Shown: positions 12,010 to 26,573, counted from the stretch's first letter. The stretch: DNA of 64,000 nt from Octopus sinensis (GCF_006345805.1 NC_043005.1:62620001-62684000), one strand, 5' to 3'. The notes: generated from the sequence alone by a model not told the origin. Translations and numbers: made by a program.

Positions 12010-13012
12010 TGTTTCATCAGCTAAAAAAATCTGGTAACACATCTCATGATGGCAAAATTCACATCAGGCAATAATTCAGAATTCTCCATGAGGGACTGTG
12101 GAGATAATAGATGTGGAACATGTAACAACAATAACAACTTCAAATTTTTGGACACTGGTTCCCATATAAAATTTAAAGTGGATTCTCCTTCCAAGTTATT
12201 AAAGGTATGAGCTGTAAGACACAGAATCTCATATACTGCATATCCTGCCCCAACTGCAAAGAAAATTGTATTGGCAAAAACCAACAATTCCCTTTGCCAA
12301 CATGTATGAATCCAAAGACAAAACATCAGACAAAGAGAATTACGCAAGATTCCACTGAGTAAGTATCTGGAAATATGTGAAAACAGTATATTCAAGATCT
12401 TACCTTTCTATAAATGCCCAAAGAATGACTCAAAAGTACCAGAAGATAATGGAACTACATTTTATCAAAAAATCTTACTTAAACCAAATGTATAAAAAAG
12501 AAAAAAATATTATGAACATATGACAAATCCTTATTAAAAGTTCTCATTACTGTTGCTAAAATAAATGGAAAAAAATTCACTTAAGCAAACAACACACAAC
12601 AGATGCACAAATGTGTACATGCACACATTTAATAACCTTCTAAATCAATTTTGATAGAGTCTATTTACTACTGCTGGATAACATGACAACTGACAAAAAT
12701 ACAATGACTAAAAGAAAATTGGCTTCTTGAAATGTCATCAATTTCAACCATCCCAGGATGGTAGTATGACAGCTCACCAAAGAATACAATGTAGCTTCAA
12801 ATAAGCCCACTTTCTGTCTATTGTTTTTATTTTTTCTCCTTCTAGCCAAACCTCCCAAAATTCACCACTTGCATACTTGCACAAACAAGCTTACATTCAC
12901 ACATATACACACATACATAAATTTTCTGTGAAAATTCAATATGATAAATCTCTGAAACAAGATGGAAGTGCTAAATAAATGATTATACAAAATGCTGATG
13001 ACCTCCTTTCTC

Positions 13013-13020
<8 letters not shown>
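12010..13020 (+). mobile_element. Penelope-like element 3' part: linker Zn knuckle, GIY-YIG and 3' end
   Basis: KNLVTHLMMAKFT..DCGDNRCGTC..MSCKTQNLIYCISCPNCKENCIG..RKIPLSKYLEIC..FKILPFYK; 12166-13020 is the inverted mate of 10899-12009. Confidence 0.85.
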
Positions 13021-13062
<42 letters not shown>

Positions 13063-13113
13063 CGTATACATATAAGTATGTGTATAAATATATGTGTGTA
13101 TGTGTATGTATAT

Positions 13114-13345
13114 ATCATCATCATTTGATGTCTACGTTGCATAGGTCAGCTGGAATTTATTGAAGTGTATTTTTCTACTGCCAGATGCTCTCTCTGCCAT
13201 GAACCTTCATCTGTTTCCAAAGAAGCTTGCATTTTCCTATGATCAGGCCTATTTTCATGGTGGTGTGGAAACAGAAGTCATGACTTGCATGATGGTGACA
13301 TTTGCCTACCACCATCACACAAAGTCAAGGCAAGAAGACAGTAAC
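13114..13345 (-). mobile_element. Non-autonomous element with an RTE-like (GAT)n tail
   Basis: Similar to 50200-50440; starts with CATCATCATTT on +. Confidence 0.5.
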
Positions 13346-13498
13346 ACACACACACACGAGGGATTCCAGAAGTTTTGAGACTTTTTCTGCTGTCCCAAAA
13401 ATGACATCATGAAAGAGAGACATTAAATGATGATGATGATGATATAAATATACAAACAGAAATACACACACACACACACACACATCTGTATGTGTGTG

Positions 13499-13536
<38 letters not shown>

Positions 13537-16500
13537 GATAAATATACACATTCATATCTATATACAAATATAGAAATGCACACACTTCTCTCGTATATGT
13601 ATGCACATATACAAATATATATATACAGACACACACACACACACACATAAACATTGTTAGTCATTCATATATGGTGACTGTCTATATGTACAGTTTATAG
13701 CTCCTATCAAATATTATTGAAACCCAAACTTTAGAGCTTCAAAAAGAATCTGTTTCTTATTGAAGCTCTAAATTCTAGTTTTTCTTTAAGGTTTGTGTGA
13801 CATATTGAAAACTCAGTTTATAGATAATGTATTAGATGGTCAAAATGTATTATAATACATAAAGATTCTCAAATATTTATACATTTATACCGTTACCAAA
13901 ATTTGCTTCCCAAAGAAGCTTGATTGCTTTAATATAAGCAAAATTCTTAATCTCTGCTCCAGTAATTAACTGTAAACCTTTCATTCTTATGAGATGTCTT
14001 ATTAACTACATTGTCTGGCAATATCAATGGTATAATACTTAAGAAATGTGAAGAGGCAAAGGAATGGTAGGATTTGCAAGATCATGCTGGGGTAGGTTAT
14101 GATACATTTCAAGTGCAAAAAAAAAAGAAGAAAAATACCATCAAAAAAAGGAAAATACAAAATCACACTGCACAATCAATAATATAACCTTGTGAAATTA
14201 CAAAGCAGTGCAATGTAGAGTAGCATATATTTTAGGTTAAATATAATTGTTTTTGAATAAGGTATTGAATTATATTTTGTTTTGAATTATTTTTTAATCC
14301 TCTATTATGGTTTTCAATAAAATATTCTCAATGATATTTTTAAAATAAAGCAGAGACGACTAATTATAGTTTTATGGAATTAATGATTCAGTGGTCTAAA
14401 AAATTTGATAATCACTGCTTTAAAGTCTTGTTCATGTCTTAAATTTGGATGTAGATTCATTCTATTTTATTTAAACTAATTTTTTAATTTTACATGTTAA
14501 GTCTGGCATTTTATTTCAGTTCCCTACACCCTATATCATATTGTTATAAAAGTCAGTAAGTTAGTGTATTTACTTGAATGTTGATGGCAGGTTACATATA
14601 AAAAATTATGAATATTTTACAAAGCTTTATTGAAGTTTATGTTCTATCTTTATAGACTATTGTGGTTTAAAGCAATTCTTATGATGGAGATTGACTTTAA
14701 GCGTAGGAGTCAAATACTGAAATAATTTAGCCCCTATACATCAGCTAAATATTTCAAAGATGTAAACAAGAGATATAAGGTCTAAACATATGCACATCAG
14801 ATTATGAATACCAATATAGTTTGGTTATCTAATATTTTGATCCAGATTGTGTGAGTTTTGATCAATTCTAAATAAATAGATGTTGAAAAAAAATCCTTGT
14901 GGAAAATGTATATTGAGTACAGATGTTCTTTGAAATATAGATACCAGTGCATTCTTCCGGTTAAGAACATTCTAAATGTAATAATATCAGAAGAACTTTA
15001 ACATTACCTATTATTTGTTTTCTAAGCAATTCTTCATTTACGTAGATGCAACAAATGAATCAATTTTTGTTTTATAAATCAAGTGCTTGGAAGGAATTTA
15101 AATGGACAGCTTAAGAATGGAATTTCTAACCATTAATCAAGATAATCTGACTTCTATATTTACACTAAAACAGAACTGTCAGAAAATTATGAGAAAATAA
15201 AATCTGAATGAAAACAAATATTGATGCTTCACAAGTCAAACTTGCAAAGTCTAGCCTGATTGTAACAGATATAATAATAAATGCATACTTAGTGACAAAA
15301 TAGGTACAAGATTCACATCATATTTTCCTGTTATCTATATTCTCCAGAGTACACCTAGCATTCTGACTTCCTCCCTAAAGAATTAACTTATCACATCTGA
15401 AAATAATATCACACAACTCACATCTTTGAGTTAAAAATTATCCCTGGATGATTTTCAGTTGCACTTGCTCAGTGGTTCACAAGCTTTTGTAGTTCAGTGC
15501 AACCTTTACAACAAATAGCATTTCAGAAATATCCATGTTTTGAAAAATAAAATGACAAGGCAGATTATTTTAATCAAACATATACTATATTTTTGCACCA
15601 ATTTATTTCCTATATTTTTTATATTATCCTATTCAGCATGTGCATGCTCTTAGATATATTTCAACTAGTACCCCATGTGTTAAACTGTTATGGAAATTAC
15701 TATAGAAAGTGAGCACATATTACTTGGCCTTAACACATCACTAATAACAATACATGTATTGTATGTGGTTAAATGTTTTATATCTAAGAAAAAATCACAA
15801 ACCTTTCAAACATACTAAACTCCTCATAATACCCTCTTGTGAGCATTCCAGCCCCTAAGAAGTCACTAGCATCCAGATTAATAGCGCTGTCCTACTAGAA
15901 AACATTTTCCAAATTCGCTAAGTATATCTGTTATCCCTATGATCTAACTCTTTTTTCAGAAACTTGTCCACCTCTCACCTTGCAGTATATCAAATTACTG
16001 TCAGAAGGAATTCTTCTTGAGAATGTCAATGATCATGATTCCTACTGGCTTTTTCAAACCCTCTTTTTGATCTATCTGCTATAGAGTTGATAAATGATCA
16101 TTATAAACATTAGCCAAGTCCCCTTTAAATCCCACCCTACCATCTTATAAAAAGAAAAAACATACAATGTAGTCTTGAATTTATTTACGTGTGAGTAAAA
16201 GATGGGATCTCATAGCTGGAATGCTTTTGATCTTAAGTTCTCTTAACAGAAGTGAACTTGAGATAAACAACATCAACCAATCTACTACAAAGGCTGAAAT
16301 GTTCACCATTCTGCATAGATCACACCTGTAATATATTTTCCCTATTGTGCTTCTAATAAGACCTATCATCACTCAATCAGGCTTTTCTAAAATTTCTCCG
16401 GGAACTACGTTTCTCTTCAAAATCTACACTCTTCTCATAATTTCTTCTTTCTTCCCAGACTATGCATACATTACCTTTACCAAATTGTCACTGATCACAA

Positions 16501-16898
16501 ATTTAGAAAGACTTGAAAGGCTATTAATATTATAGCTTATCAGAGTGACTGACATACAGCAATATTTCATTACTGAGTTTTAATTAGTTATCAAGACTTC
16601 TTGATAGATTTTGTAAGTTTGTATTACAGTTAACACAGCAAATATATGAAGGTGGCTCTATGTGCATAGCAATGTGATGCAACTGGTTTGCAGTAAATAT
16701 TCTGAATTTAATGCTTATATTTCATTGCTATATAGCACCATACATTTTATATCTTAAATACACTATCTTTATAATACAAAGAGAACTATATTGTTGCCAA
16801 CAGATGAACTACACTAGCAATCAAGAATTATTTTATGTATTTGTTATATATATCTCCATTTTCTATTCATTTTTATAATTCATGTGTGTGTGTGTATT

Positions 16899-16983
<85 letters not shown>

Positions 16984-19083
16984 CAGCACATACACACAAA
17001 ATTCAATGTATATCGATTAGACACACAAATGTGAATTTATCCACATTAACAAGATTAGGCATATACACATGCATATGAATGTTTATTAAATTAATTGAGG
17101 CATAATTTTTAACTGAACAATTCAAAATGAAGTGTCAATAAAGAACTACAGAAACTAATACGACATATGTAGGAAAAGCACACAGCTATTCTCATTAAAT
17201 GCTTCAAACCATAAATCAAGGTCTGTTGGAAATTTGGTATCTTATTAAATGTCACTATCAAACAGCCCAATTGAAAATGCCTACACAAGCTTTAGATATT
17301 TCACAGTATAACATTATGCATGAATTGTAACAGATTTTGAATATGAAATACCATCTGCCTACTACATAGACATACTAAAAATCTTATCTATCACAAGTTG
17401 TAAAGACAGGTGTTAGAATTCAAATGTTACAGTTTCTATTGTGATGCGTAATAAGAATATTGAAAGTTTGTGTATTAAACATGCTGTATTCATTAGGCAA
17501 TTGTAACCAGAAGTAAGCTATTGTCTGGTACTTGAAAGCCCACCTCCTCATTATGTTGCATATCATGTGCATGCTACAACACATTTTGTGTTAGTTAATA
17601 TGAATGCTTCAATTTAACTTTTACAGTTCATTATTGCAGCTTGTTAAAGTCAAAATATTTTCAAAAGTTAAATTTTTCTCTACATTCTACATTTTTAAGT
17701 GGCTTTCATTGCTTTCTTATAATTATACACAGAAATGTGAGTTCATGCTGAAATTTGGCTGTTAATGTAATACTTAGAGTGCAGCAATTATGTTGTATAA
17801 TACCAACAATATCATAAACACTCAGTATTATGCCAGAGAGTAATTTATTGAAAATAGTCATGATTCCAGTTTTAGAATTGAGGTGTAATTGTGAGTAATA
17901 ACCTGTCATAGCTATTTTATGAGTGACCTAAAACAAATAAAACCTAAACATTCATAAAAGCATTCACATGTTCTGCATATATAGCAATTAAAGAATGTTG
18001 TTATATCCAAATTTGTTAAACATCAGCTACAAAATAACTATATAGAATCTTTACAATACCACAATCTGTGAAACAAGCCAATAAAGGATCTTGCACATAG
18101 CTGCTGACTATACTTGAAAGAGGAGCTAAATTTTCCTTAAATCCAATTATACTCTCTTAAAAATAGGAAGGACTAAATTATTCAGTGATTATAAGAGTCA
18201 TAAATAAAGAAGATGGGGTGGTCACAAGGAGAATATCTTGCTTAATCAGGAGAAACCTTGGGCTAAGCAGCAATAATAATGAACCCAAATAACAAAAATC
18301 AGAGAACTAAGCTGAATATATAATTATTTCAATAAAAGTTGCAGTTAGATGAAAAGCGAACAAAAACAAAATCAACATACAAGAATAAACTTATAATTTT
18401 TGCAGAACATGAACTCACTCTAAAATATAATTAGTAATAGCATATACAGTAGAAGCACAACATATTCATAAATCTGGATATTCAAAACAAACTGAGATGT
18501 CTATATTGAATGTATTTCTTGCACTGAAAGACTACACGGCCATTAAAAACAAATGAAGATTAATGGGTATAATAATATGAAGCAACTTAAGGTTCATTAG
18601 TGTAAATAATAATGGATGAGACAACGACTTTTCACAATGTGTTCAGAATAGTAATTACAACGTCTATCTGGGATGAATTCTAACTCTAAGCAATTGCTTC
18701 CTTATATTTTTCTTGAAAATCTTACTGTTATTAAGTATCATTGCAAATCAGTCTTGTTCACAGACAACAAGATAAATCTAAAACAAAGGAGAAGAGGGAA
18801 ATAATCTTATTCTGACTGGTGTATGTTTGTATTAAATCCTGAATACATTAACAAACTCAACATTAACTAATACAAGGATAACGCACCTACAATTTCAAGG
18901 GACAAAATGGAACATTCGTCTTATACATTCAGGGAACAAATTATATCAATAAAAATTATAGTTTGCCTTGGAGTGATGGTTAAATCTTACTACAAAGTTC
19001 AATGAACTTTAATACAAACACTTTGGGAATTAAAACAGGAAACAAGCAACCTGGATATATAGAAATTAAATTGAATCACTCAC

Positions 19084-19114
19084 CAAGTGCCATAAGCCAC
19101 ATTCCCAAAAGAGT
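19084..19114 (-). CDS. Candidate small exon (alternative acceptors would extend it to 19160 or 19176)
   Basis: tccatttacAG|ACTCTTTTGGGAATGTGGCTTATGGCACTTG|GTGAGT; all frames are open, so the phase is unresolved. Confidence 0.3.
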
Positions 19115-19261
19115 CTGTAAATGGATAGGTATCTCCAGTGAAGGCAATTTCCCCACAGGGCTATATACTTTGTATTCTAAAACTTAGCCACTTTGAAGGG
19201 AAGCTATTATTATTACTCACCCTAATACATAAATACTTACCCTACCAAAAAATGGAAAAAT

Positions 19262-19378
19262 TAACATTACTACTACCATTACTGTTGCTGCTGCTGCTGC
19301 TGCTACTGCTGCTACTACTACTACTACTACTACTGCTACTACTGCTGCTGCTGCTGCCTTTTCACTACCATCATTACA
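19262..19378. repeat. Compound (CTA)n/(CTG)n trinucleotide repeat
   Basis: Seen directly; produces the poly-Leu artefact in ORF 19138-19455. Confidence 0.9.
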
Positions 19379-20162
19379 ATGCTTGTGGTAAGAATATTTT
19401 TAAAGATACAGTTTCTAAAATAAACAGATATGCACAGTGTTTACTGTACTTTTAACTGGATCATTCTGTGGCTTATTTCCCATTCTGCTATACTTTTGTT
19501 TTGGAGTGCAACTATACTCCTTTGCAGACTAATATGGTCATGTCTGCTTAAGAAATATATCCATGGTTGGAATATAACTCCAGCTTTCTCAAGAACTGTA
19601 TCAAAGGTAATATTGACTCTTCTTCACATGTTTAGGATATGTTTTAAACATGGCTGTATTCAATCTTCAAAGCTAGTGGAAGCACAAGATTTAGTCTTGC
19701 AATGCACAGAGTTGTGAGCAGGATGCAGTTTCTTCTCTAACTCTACTTATTTTCTAAGACTGGCAAATAGACTAGTTATGTCTTACTTAGCCCCAAACAA
19801 CACTGTTTAAGCCAAACCTGTGATTAAAGACTCTTACTAAGCATGTGATGTTAAAAATCAAAGCTGAGTACATATAGCATGTATGAGGAGTGTCTCATTA
19901 AATTAAAAGACTTATATGCAGAAAAGGCCACAAGATCTAAAGAATTCCAATCATGACCATCCCATATTTTTCAGATATAGGAATCTAAGGATCTATTACG
20001 AAACATTATTTCTAAGATGGTAAAGTATGCTTGAGGGAGAATTGGGTGCTATTCCTAGCAGTTTGACTAACAATGTAGTGGTTCCTTCATTGATTATCTA
20101 GTTAAAGGTTATCCATTGTCAGAGTCTGTTGTGCATAGTCTTCAGATGCATTGGCTCTTTAC

Positions 20163-20211
20163 CTGAGTTTTTCTAAAGTTGACAATAATACTAAAATCCT
20201 TGCCAACTCTG
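20163..20211 (-). CDS. Candidate 49-nt exon (AELARILVLLSTLEKL, phase 1 to 2)
   Basis: ctatttcAG acceptor and CAG|GTAAAG donor; phase is compatible with the 25618-25664 candidate. Confidence 0.2.
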
Positions 20212-23200
20212 CTGAAATAGATTAAGAGGCATGGAATGTCTTTTACTGTGTGAGTAACCTGAGCAAGTGTTGTCAGTGATCAGAAACACCAGGAGGAACT
20301 TGCTCAGAAGTTTGATCTTTGTTCTGTGCTTGGAGAGGTTGAAGAAGTTTCTTTTTGAACTAGTTTGAAAATTAATTATCTCTGGTCAATATAAATGTAT
20401 ACATGCGCATGACTGCAAAGGAAATTCTAAACAGTATAAGATGAAAATGTAGTTCTACTTAACACCCAAGTACATTTCATGTGGAATCATTTATGCATTT
20501 ATGTACATTTAATTTTGCCTAAATTCTGCAGGATTTGTGGTACAACATTGGCAAACTATTAAACTCAAATAATATCTGTTTCTCTACCATATTTGAAATA
20601 AATAAATATTTTATTTTATTCAGAAAAAGAGTATCTAAAAGTAGAGTTAAAAAGTAAAATATGCTAAGAACTCTTTAAATGTAATTTAAAGACCTTTCCA
20701 ATCCATTTATATTTGAGAAAATGGTTATAAATTGATAGCAGTAACAGCAGAATTACAGTCAGAATCTTGAAGATTTTTCGTTCTCACACTAACAGTTTGC
20801 AGTTTAAAATATTTTCACCTCTTCTTAGTTCAGTCAATGACATACTATGGTTGAGTGGGTAATCTACTAATGGATAATTTTATATGGATTATAAGTAAAT
20901 AGCAAACTTCTGATATTGTGCTTAGTCTTTCAATAATTGGTTGGAATTCTAGGCTGAGATTCTGATACTTAAGTTAACTCCCAAGAATAAAAATATGCAA
21001 ACAATCAATTGGAGATGTTAATATTAAATTGTGCTTCAAATTTTGAATGAATGAGAGAGTAATAGCATTTTAAAGTGCTACAGTAGCTTAAATTAGAAAG
21101 GATGGACAACATTACTGTGAAGACATTAAACTCAATAATAATATCCATTAAAGAATAGTGTCTGATGTGGAAACATGATTTTACCTTACTTTAATAACCT
21201 TTGGAATTACTTATGCTCTATTTCTTTCCTATCATTATGAAATGCAAAATAGAAGTTGTTCAAGAGAATTGAGGAGCATGGCTAGCCATGTTGATAGAGT
21301 GAGTTGTAGATAACTAAGTTATCCTGCAATAGTCACTTATTAAATGTCTACAGTCAAAATAGTTAATTCTTATAGTAATCTAGTTGTAAGTAGGTTGTTA
21401 CCTTGAGATGGTTCATGTATTTTCTCTAACAACAGGACTGGGAAAGTTACAAGTGTTTTTTTAGTCTGCAGTACCAAGTTCAACTCCCAATTCACTGACA
21501 ATGACTATGCTTTAGTGAGGAAGCCTAAGAAGGCTGAAACACTCAGAGTTGTGAAGATCAAACTCATTTCCTATGACATCACCCATTCTGTTTTTAATTT
21601 TTAAATTTTAATTGTCTCTCTTGCCATACTTAACCAGAGTTGACCATTAAGATAATAGTTGTCTTTCCTCATCATGTGTATAATTTTAAATGAATGAAAT
21701 TTCTTGACTCCTTATGTTACATATATTAGAACATACCTATTTGTAAGTGGCCTCATACTTCTGAATACCTTGTAGTAGCAATTGATAACGAAGTAATTTT
21801 CTCATGGAAAGCTATGAGTAAGAGCTAACTGGTAGCTCTTTCATCCCAAATTAGGGCCAAATGTCATATTTCTGAGAGCAAACCCTAATGACTCAGCACT
21901 CTAGGACATATATACGTACATAAGTACATATATACATAGATAATGCCCAAATTCACATTTTGTTGGACAGATTAAAACCATAATCTACAACTGATTTCAA
22001 CTAATGGCCATGTTAGTCAGAAGAATCAAAGTTTGGAAAGAGGTGTTCTTGAGACTGCATTGAAATCCAATAATAATCATTTGAAGATTTCTTGTTCCCT
22101 TCGGCAGAGTAATAGGGTTTTCTTCTCACTGCATTGCTACAACCCTGTATTTATATGAAAAACTACTGGTAGTTTCAACATCAATATTGAATTTAGTATT
22201 CCTTTGTTGTTCTCTGATCTTTTCAGTTTTTCAGAGTTAGGATATTTATCTAAATGATTCTTTGTAACTTCAATGTTAGTCGTGTTGTGACAATAATTGT
22301 TGTTTATTGCACTTGTGTTGCAGATAGATTCAAAGTTAGGATCTGGACCATTTCAAACAATTTTGTCTATTATCAGCAATAAGAGCTGTAATCTCAGCAA
22401 AATGAGAATTTATTTTAGGCTGGGTAATCTCTACTTTCAATTTCGCTTTAGCTCTTGTTGCTTTCTGCAAATGGTTTTCCTTTTATGTGAGACAAAATCA
22501 TAGAACCATATAAAGTTTATTTTTCTTTGATTTTGATTTTTAAATTTGCAGAAAAGATTTTCTCAATATAAAATTTGTGGAATGAGGATGTTCACAGAGC
22601 ATGAAACTAACAGCCCAGTTGCAACCAACCATTGGTGACTTCAATATCTGTCAGTTCTCACATATGTGCCAAGAATTTAGATTCTTGAACACCAAAACTA
22701 CCTAAGGTTAATGAAATAATGAAAATCTAATAAAAAATCGTTAATAAAACAAAACAAATTGATTAAATCATGAACATAGATTCTGTTCAAAAGTATGATG
22801 TCAGATAATTTTATTAGTATATTTTGTATATATTTTAGTTTATTTTCTTCATAGCTTTCAAATATTCATGGTCTGATTTATGAAAAAAAAAAAAAATCAA
22901 ATAAACACTCTATATATCATTACCACAAAGCTTAGAACTGAGGAAGTGAGATAAGGAGATAAATAGTTGCTGGTTACAAAAGCTGTGACAGTAGTTTATG
23001 ATATAACATATAACTACAGGAAAATGTTATAGTAAATATTCATAATTGTATCAGTAGTTTGCAAGTATCCTTGCAATATTTATCATTAAAGCTGTTTTAA
23101 TAAAGAAATGTATGGGTTTTCTAATATAAAAGATTCTGGAGCCATCTTGTGTTAACTCAAAGTAACATATTCAATAGTAAATACTACAAAAGTTGTATGT

Positions 23201-23629
23201 AAAAAAAAAATAATGAAGAACTTCAAAAATTGAATATTCTAAGCAAAGTAAAATAAAAATAATAAAACCATCTAAACTAAAATACATTATCATATATAAT
23301 TTATGTTAATTATAGTTGTGTGTTTAAGAAGCTAGCTTCACAACCATATGGTTTCAGGTTCAATTCTATGAGGTGACAGTTAGGCAAATATCTTTTCCTA
23401 TAGCCTTGATTTCACTAATGCTTTGTGAGCAAACTTGGATAGAAACTGTAGGAAGCCTGTTGGGTGTATGCATGTGAAAATGTGTGTGTGCACACATGTG
23501 CATGAATGTTTATCTCTTCCAGGTTTTCTTGAGCAAACCTGTGGATTATGTTTACATTTCTAGTTGACATTATAACTGGATGCTCCACAATTTTGAAGAG
23601 TGGTGGAGTAAAAAAAAATCCCTTACTAG

Positions 23630-24035
23630 TTGCAGGCATGGTTGTGTGGTAAGAAGCTTGCTTCCCAACCACATGGTTGTGTTCAGTCTCACTATGTGGC
23701 ACCTTAGGCAAGAATCTTCTACTATAACTGTGGACCGACCAAGGTCTTTAAAGTGGATTTGACAGATAGAAACTGAAAGAAGCCCATTATATATGTGTGT
23801 GCACGTGTGTGTGTATGTATGTGTATGTACATGTCTTTGTGTCTGTGTTTGTCCCCCACCACTGCTTGACAACTGGTGTGTGTTTACACCTCCATAACTT
23901 AGCAGTTAGGCAAAATGGGCCGATAGAATAAAATAAAAATAACAATTAGGGTTGATTTATTCAACTAAAAATACTTCAAGGCAGTGCCCCACCATTGCCA
24001 CAATCTAATGATTGAAAGAAATAAACGATAAAAGA
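23630..24035 (+). mobile_element. tRNA-derived SINE, family A
   Basis: Head GCAGGCATGGTTGTGTGGTAAGAAGCTTGC, central (TG)n, decayed TGAAAGAAATAAA tail; similar to 36885-37315 and 62626-63010. Confidence 0.85.
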
Positions 24036-25617
24036 TATTTTTAAATGAATTAAAAGTTGGTTGCAGAAAGAGTATCTGGTCATTGAAACCTTGCCTCAAA
24101 TATGTCCAAGAAAAGATGTTGAATGAATGATCAATTATGTGAGCATATATGAATTTGTGTGTGTATGTGTATATGTGTATATGTTCATCTTTGCATTCAC
24201 ACTGCTTCGGTGGGAGTGACATTCATTTATGCCCTGCAGCTCAAGGGCTCAGTATGCAAAAAGTAGTGGAATAAAGCACCTAACTTGAAAGCAAGTGAAG
24301 TTTGATGACAGGAAGAGCATATGGTCATAAGGAGTTTTATCCAAACCATGCAGCATTAAGAGATGTAAAAATGATGGTGATAAATCTGAAAGAATGTAGT
24401 GTGATAGGTAGTTCAAATATATTTTAAAATTATAATCATATACCTGGTGGCTATTATGAATCATTTATAAGAGTCCAGTATCTCATCCTTTTTCAGGTAA
24501 AATTGTACATAATCATATAGCCATTTAGATGAATCTTTCAAATCATTATTGAAAGTCTTTTGTAACAGTTAATGCCCTAGACTTTCTGATAGCATTATAT
24601 ATGAGTATACTCTAATTCTTTTATTTGTTTCAGTTATTGGGATTGCAGCAGGTTGAAGCACTACTTTGAAGGATTTAGTTGATTAAACTGATCCCAGTAC
24701 TTATTCTAAGTGTGGTATTTATTCAATTGGTCAGATTTTGCCTAAACACTAAGTTACAGAGTCTTCATTTATTTATCCTTCTATTTCAGTCACTGTTAGG
24801 GTTGTACTATCAATTCTTTCAATTACTGACTACAAGACCTCCGTTTGGGTGATTTTTCTGTCACCATCTCACCCTTGTACATTAATTCGTGGCTAGGTTA
24901 TCCATTTAGAGTGAGTGTACTAAAGCAATGTGAAATAAAGTGTTTTGCTTGAATACACAATGCACAGCTAGTCTGCACATCAAAACCACAATCTCGTAAT
25001 TGTAAATGCAATACTCTAACCACCAAGCTGATGTATCTTCACGTATTCTTACATGGAGACTACAAACACACACATAGACATGTTAAATAGTTTTCCCACA
25101 GTTTTTGTCAACAAAATTCACTCACAAGGCATTGATTAAGCCAAGGTTGTAGTAAAAGACACTTGTTCAAGATGTTAAGCAGTAAGACTAAACCATGTGA
25201 TTGTGAAGTGAATTTCTTAACCATGCAGCCATGTAAGCACTTATGTTTTAATCCATTATAAATCAAATATAATGAAATGAAGATTATTTTAATTTGGGAT
25301 TATAAAGTACCTAAACTATTCCAGTCTATTATTAAGGTGGATATCATTTACAGCTTACTGCAGGCTTTATATATATTATAAGGCTAACGATGATAATGTT
25401 GCTGTTGTTTAGCCATGATTATGGAAATCTAACCATGACAATCTTGTCTTTTTATGTATCCAGAAAATACATTGTCTTATGGATCCTCCATTTTATAAGA
25501 TGGTAAGATATGATTTGAGGGAGATTTGGTCACTACTTCTAGTAAGCCTATCAACTGTATAGATTTTATAATGTAAATTCTAGTTTTTACTCAAAGGAAA
25601 ATCAGGCAATTTCTTAC

Positions 25618-25664
25618 CATCTGCTACAGAATGTAGAAATATTTCACCCAGATATTTTGAAAAT
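25618..25664 (-). CDS. Candidate 47-nt exon (RFSKYLGEIFLHSVAD, phase 2 to 1)
   Basis: atattttttttctcAG acceptor and ATG|GTAAGA donor; only one frame is open, and it joins in frame to 39777-39875. Confidence 0.4.
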
Positions 25665-26326
25665 CTGAGAAAAAAATATTGTATACTCTGCTTATGTACT
25701 ATTAGCATTTATGTATATTTGTGAGCAAGAAATCATTCTTCCATGTAAGGATATTCTTGTATGTAACATATCTTACAACATCTGAAGTTGTAAGAAAAAA
25801 TTTCTGGAGGAAATTATACCATGACTTCAAAATAGATTTAGGTAATAAATTTTACAGATGAAGCTAACAATATTCAGACAGAAAAATTAGGATGATATTG
25901 ACAATGCATGTAATAAGTTGATGCATATTTAAACATCAGCACTAAAATAGACTGCTTGCATAAAGAAAAAAAATTTATGCTGTAATAGTAGTTAGATGTA
26001 GGGGAGGTAATTCAGTGTTAAGCACTAAGAGCTAAACTTCACTGAAAAAAAACAAAACAACTTAGAGAAGCAGACAGTGTCTGTTATTCAAAAATATATT
26101 CTTTTGTTAATTATATAATATTGTTACAATAATTGAATTCTAAAAAGAATTGTAAAAATGTTATGCAAATTGATTTAAATTGCCTCTTGCAAGGATTCTA
26201 TTTTAATGATATATTTTGAATATTTGCTTAAACTGTAGAATATCATAAAAATACTACGAATTTTTAAGCAACATTTTTAATGCTGAAATTCTACAAGATA
26301 AATTAAAATATTGGAAACAATTTATA

Positions 26327-26479
26327 TGTGTGGTTAAAAAGCTTGTTTTCTGTCAACCACATGGCTTTGGGTTCAAACCCACTGTCCAGCATCTTGGACA
26401 AGTGTCATCTACAATAGACCTGATTGACTAATGTTCTGTGAGTGAATTTGGTGGACAGAAACTGTGAGGAGGAAGCATG

Positions 26480-26525
<46 letters not shown>

Positions 26526-26560
26526 CCACAGTCTAATGACTGAAACAAGTAAAAAAAAAG
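26327..26560 (+). mobile_element. SINE family A, internally deleted
   Basis: Head TGTGTGGTTAAAAAGCTTG..GGGTTCAAACCC and tail CAGTCTAATGACTGAAACAAGTAAAA. Confidence 0.75.
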
Positions 26561-26573
26561 AATATGCACACAC

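Noticed and set aside
12021-12395. 124-aa hydrophobic ORF, plus the similar 11852-12037 and 12661-12858 ORFs
   Set aside because: These are antisense frames of the PLE GIY-YIG arms; their mutual similarity comes from the inverted repeat
14520-14555. 36-nt plus-strand segment PYTLYHIVIKV resembling an FN3 strand
   Set aside because: Too short, with no companion exons; the similarity is probably chance
15800-16480. Possible CR1-like RT remnant on the minus strand (VDVVYL-like motif)
   Set aside because: Only isolated motifs are recognisable; boundaries cannot be supported
19138-19455. Poly-Leu ORF
   Set aside because: It is the (CTA/CTG)n repeat read in frame
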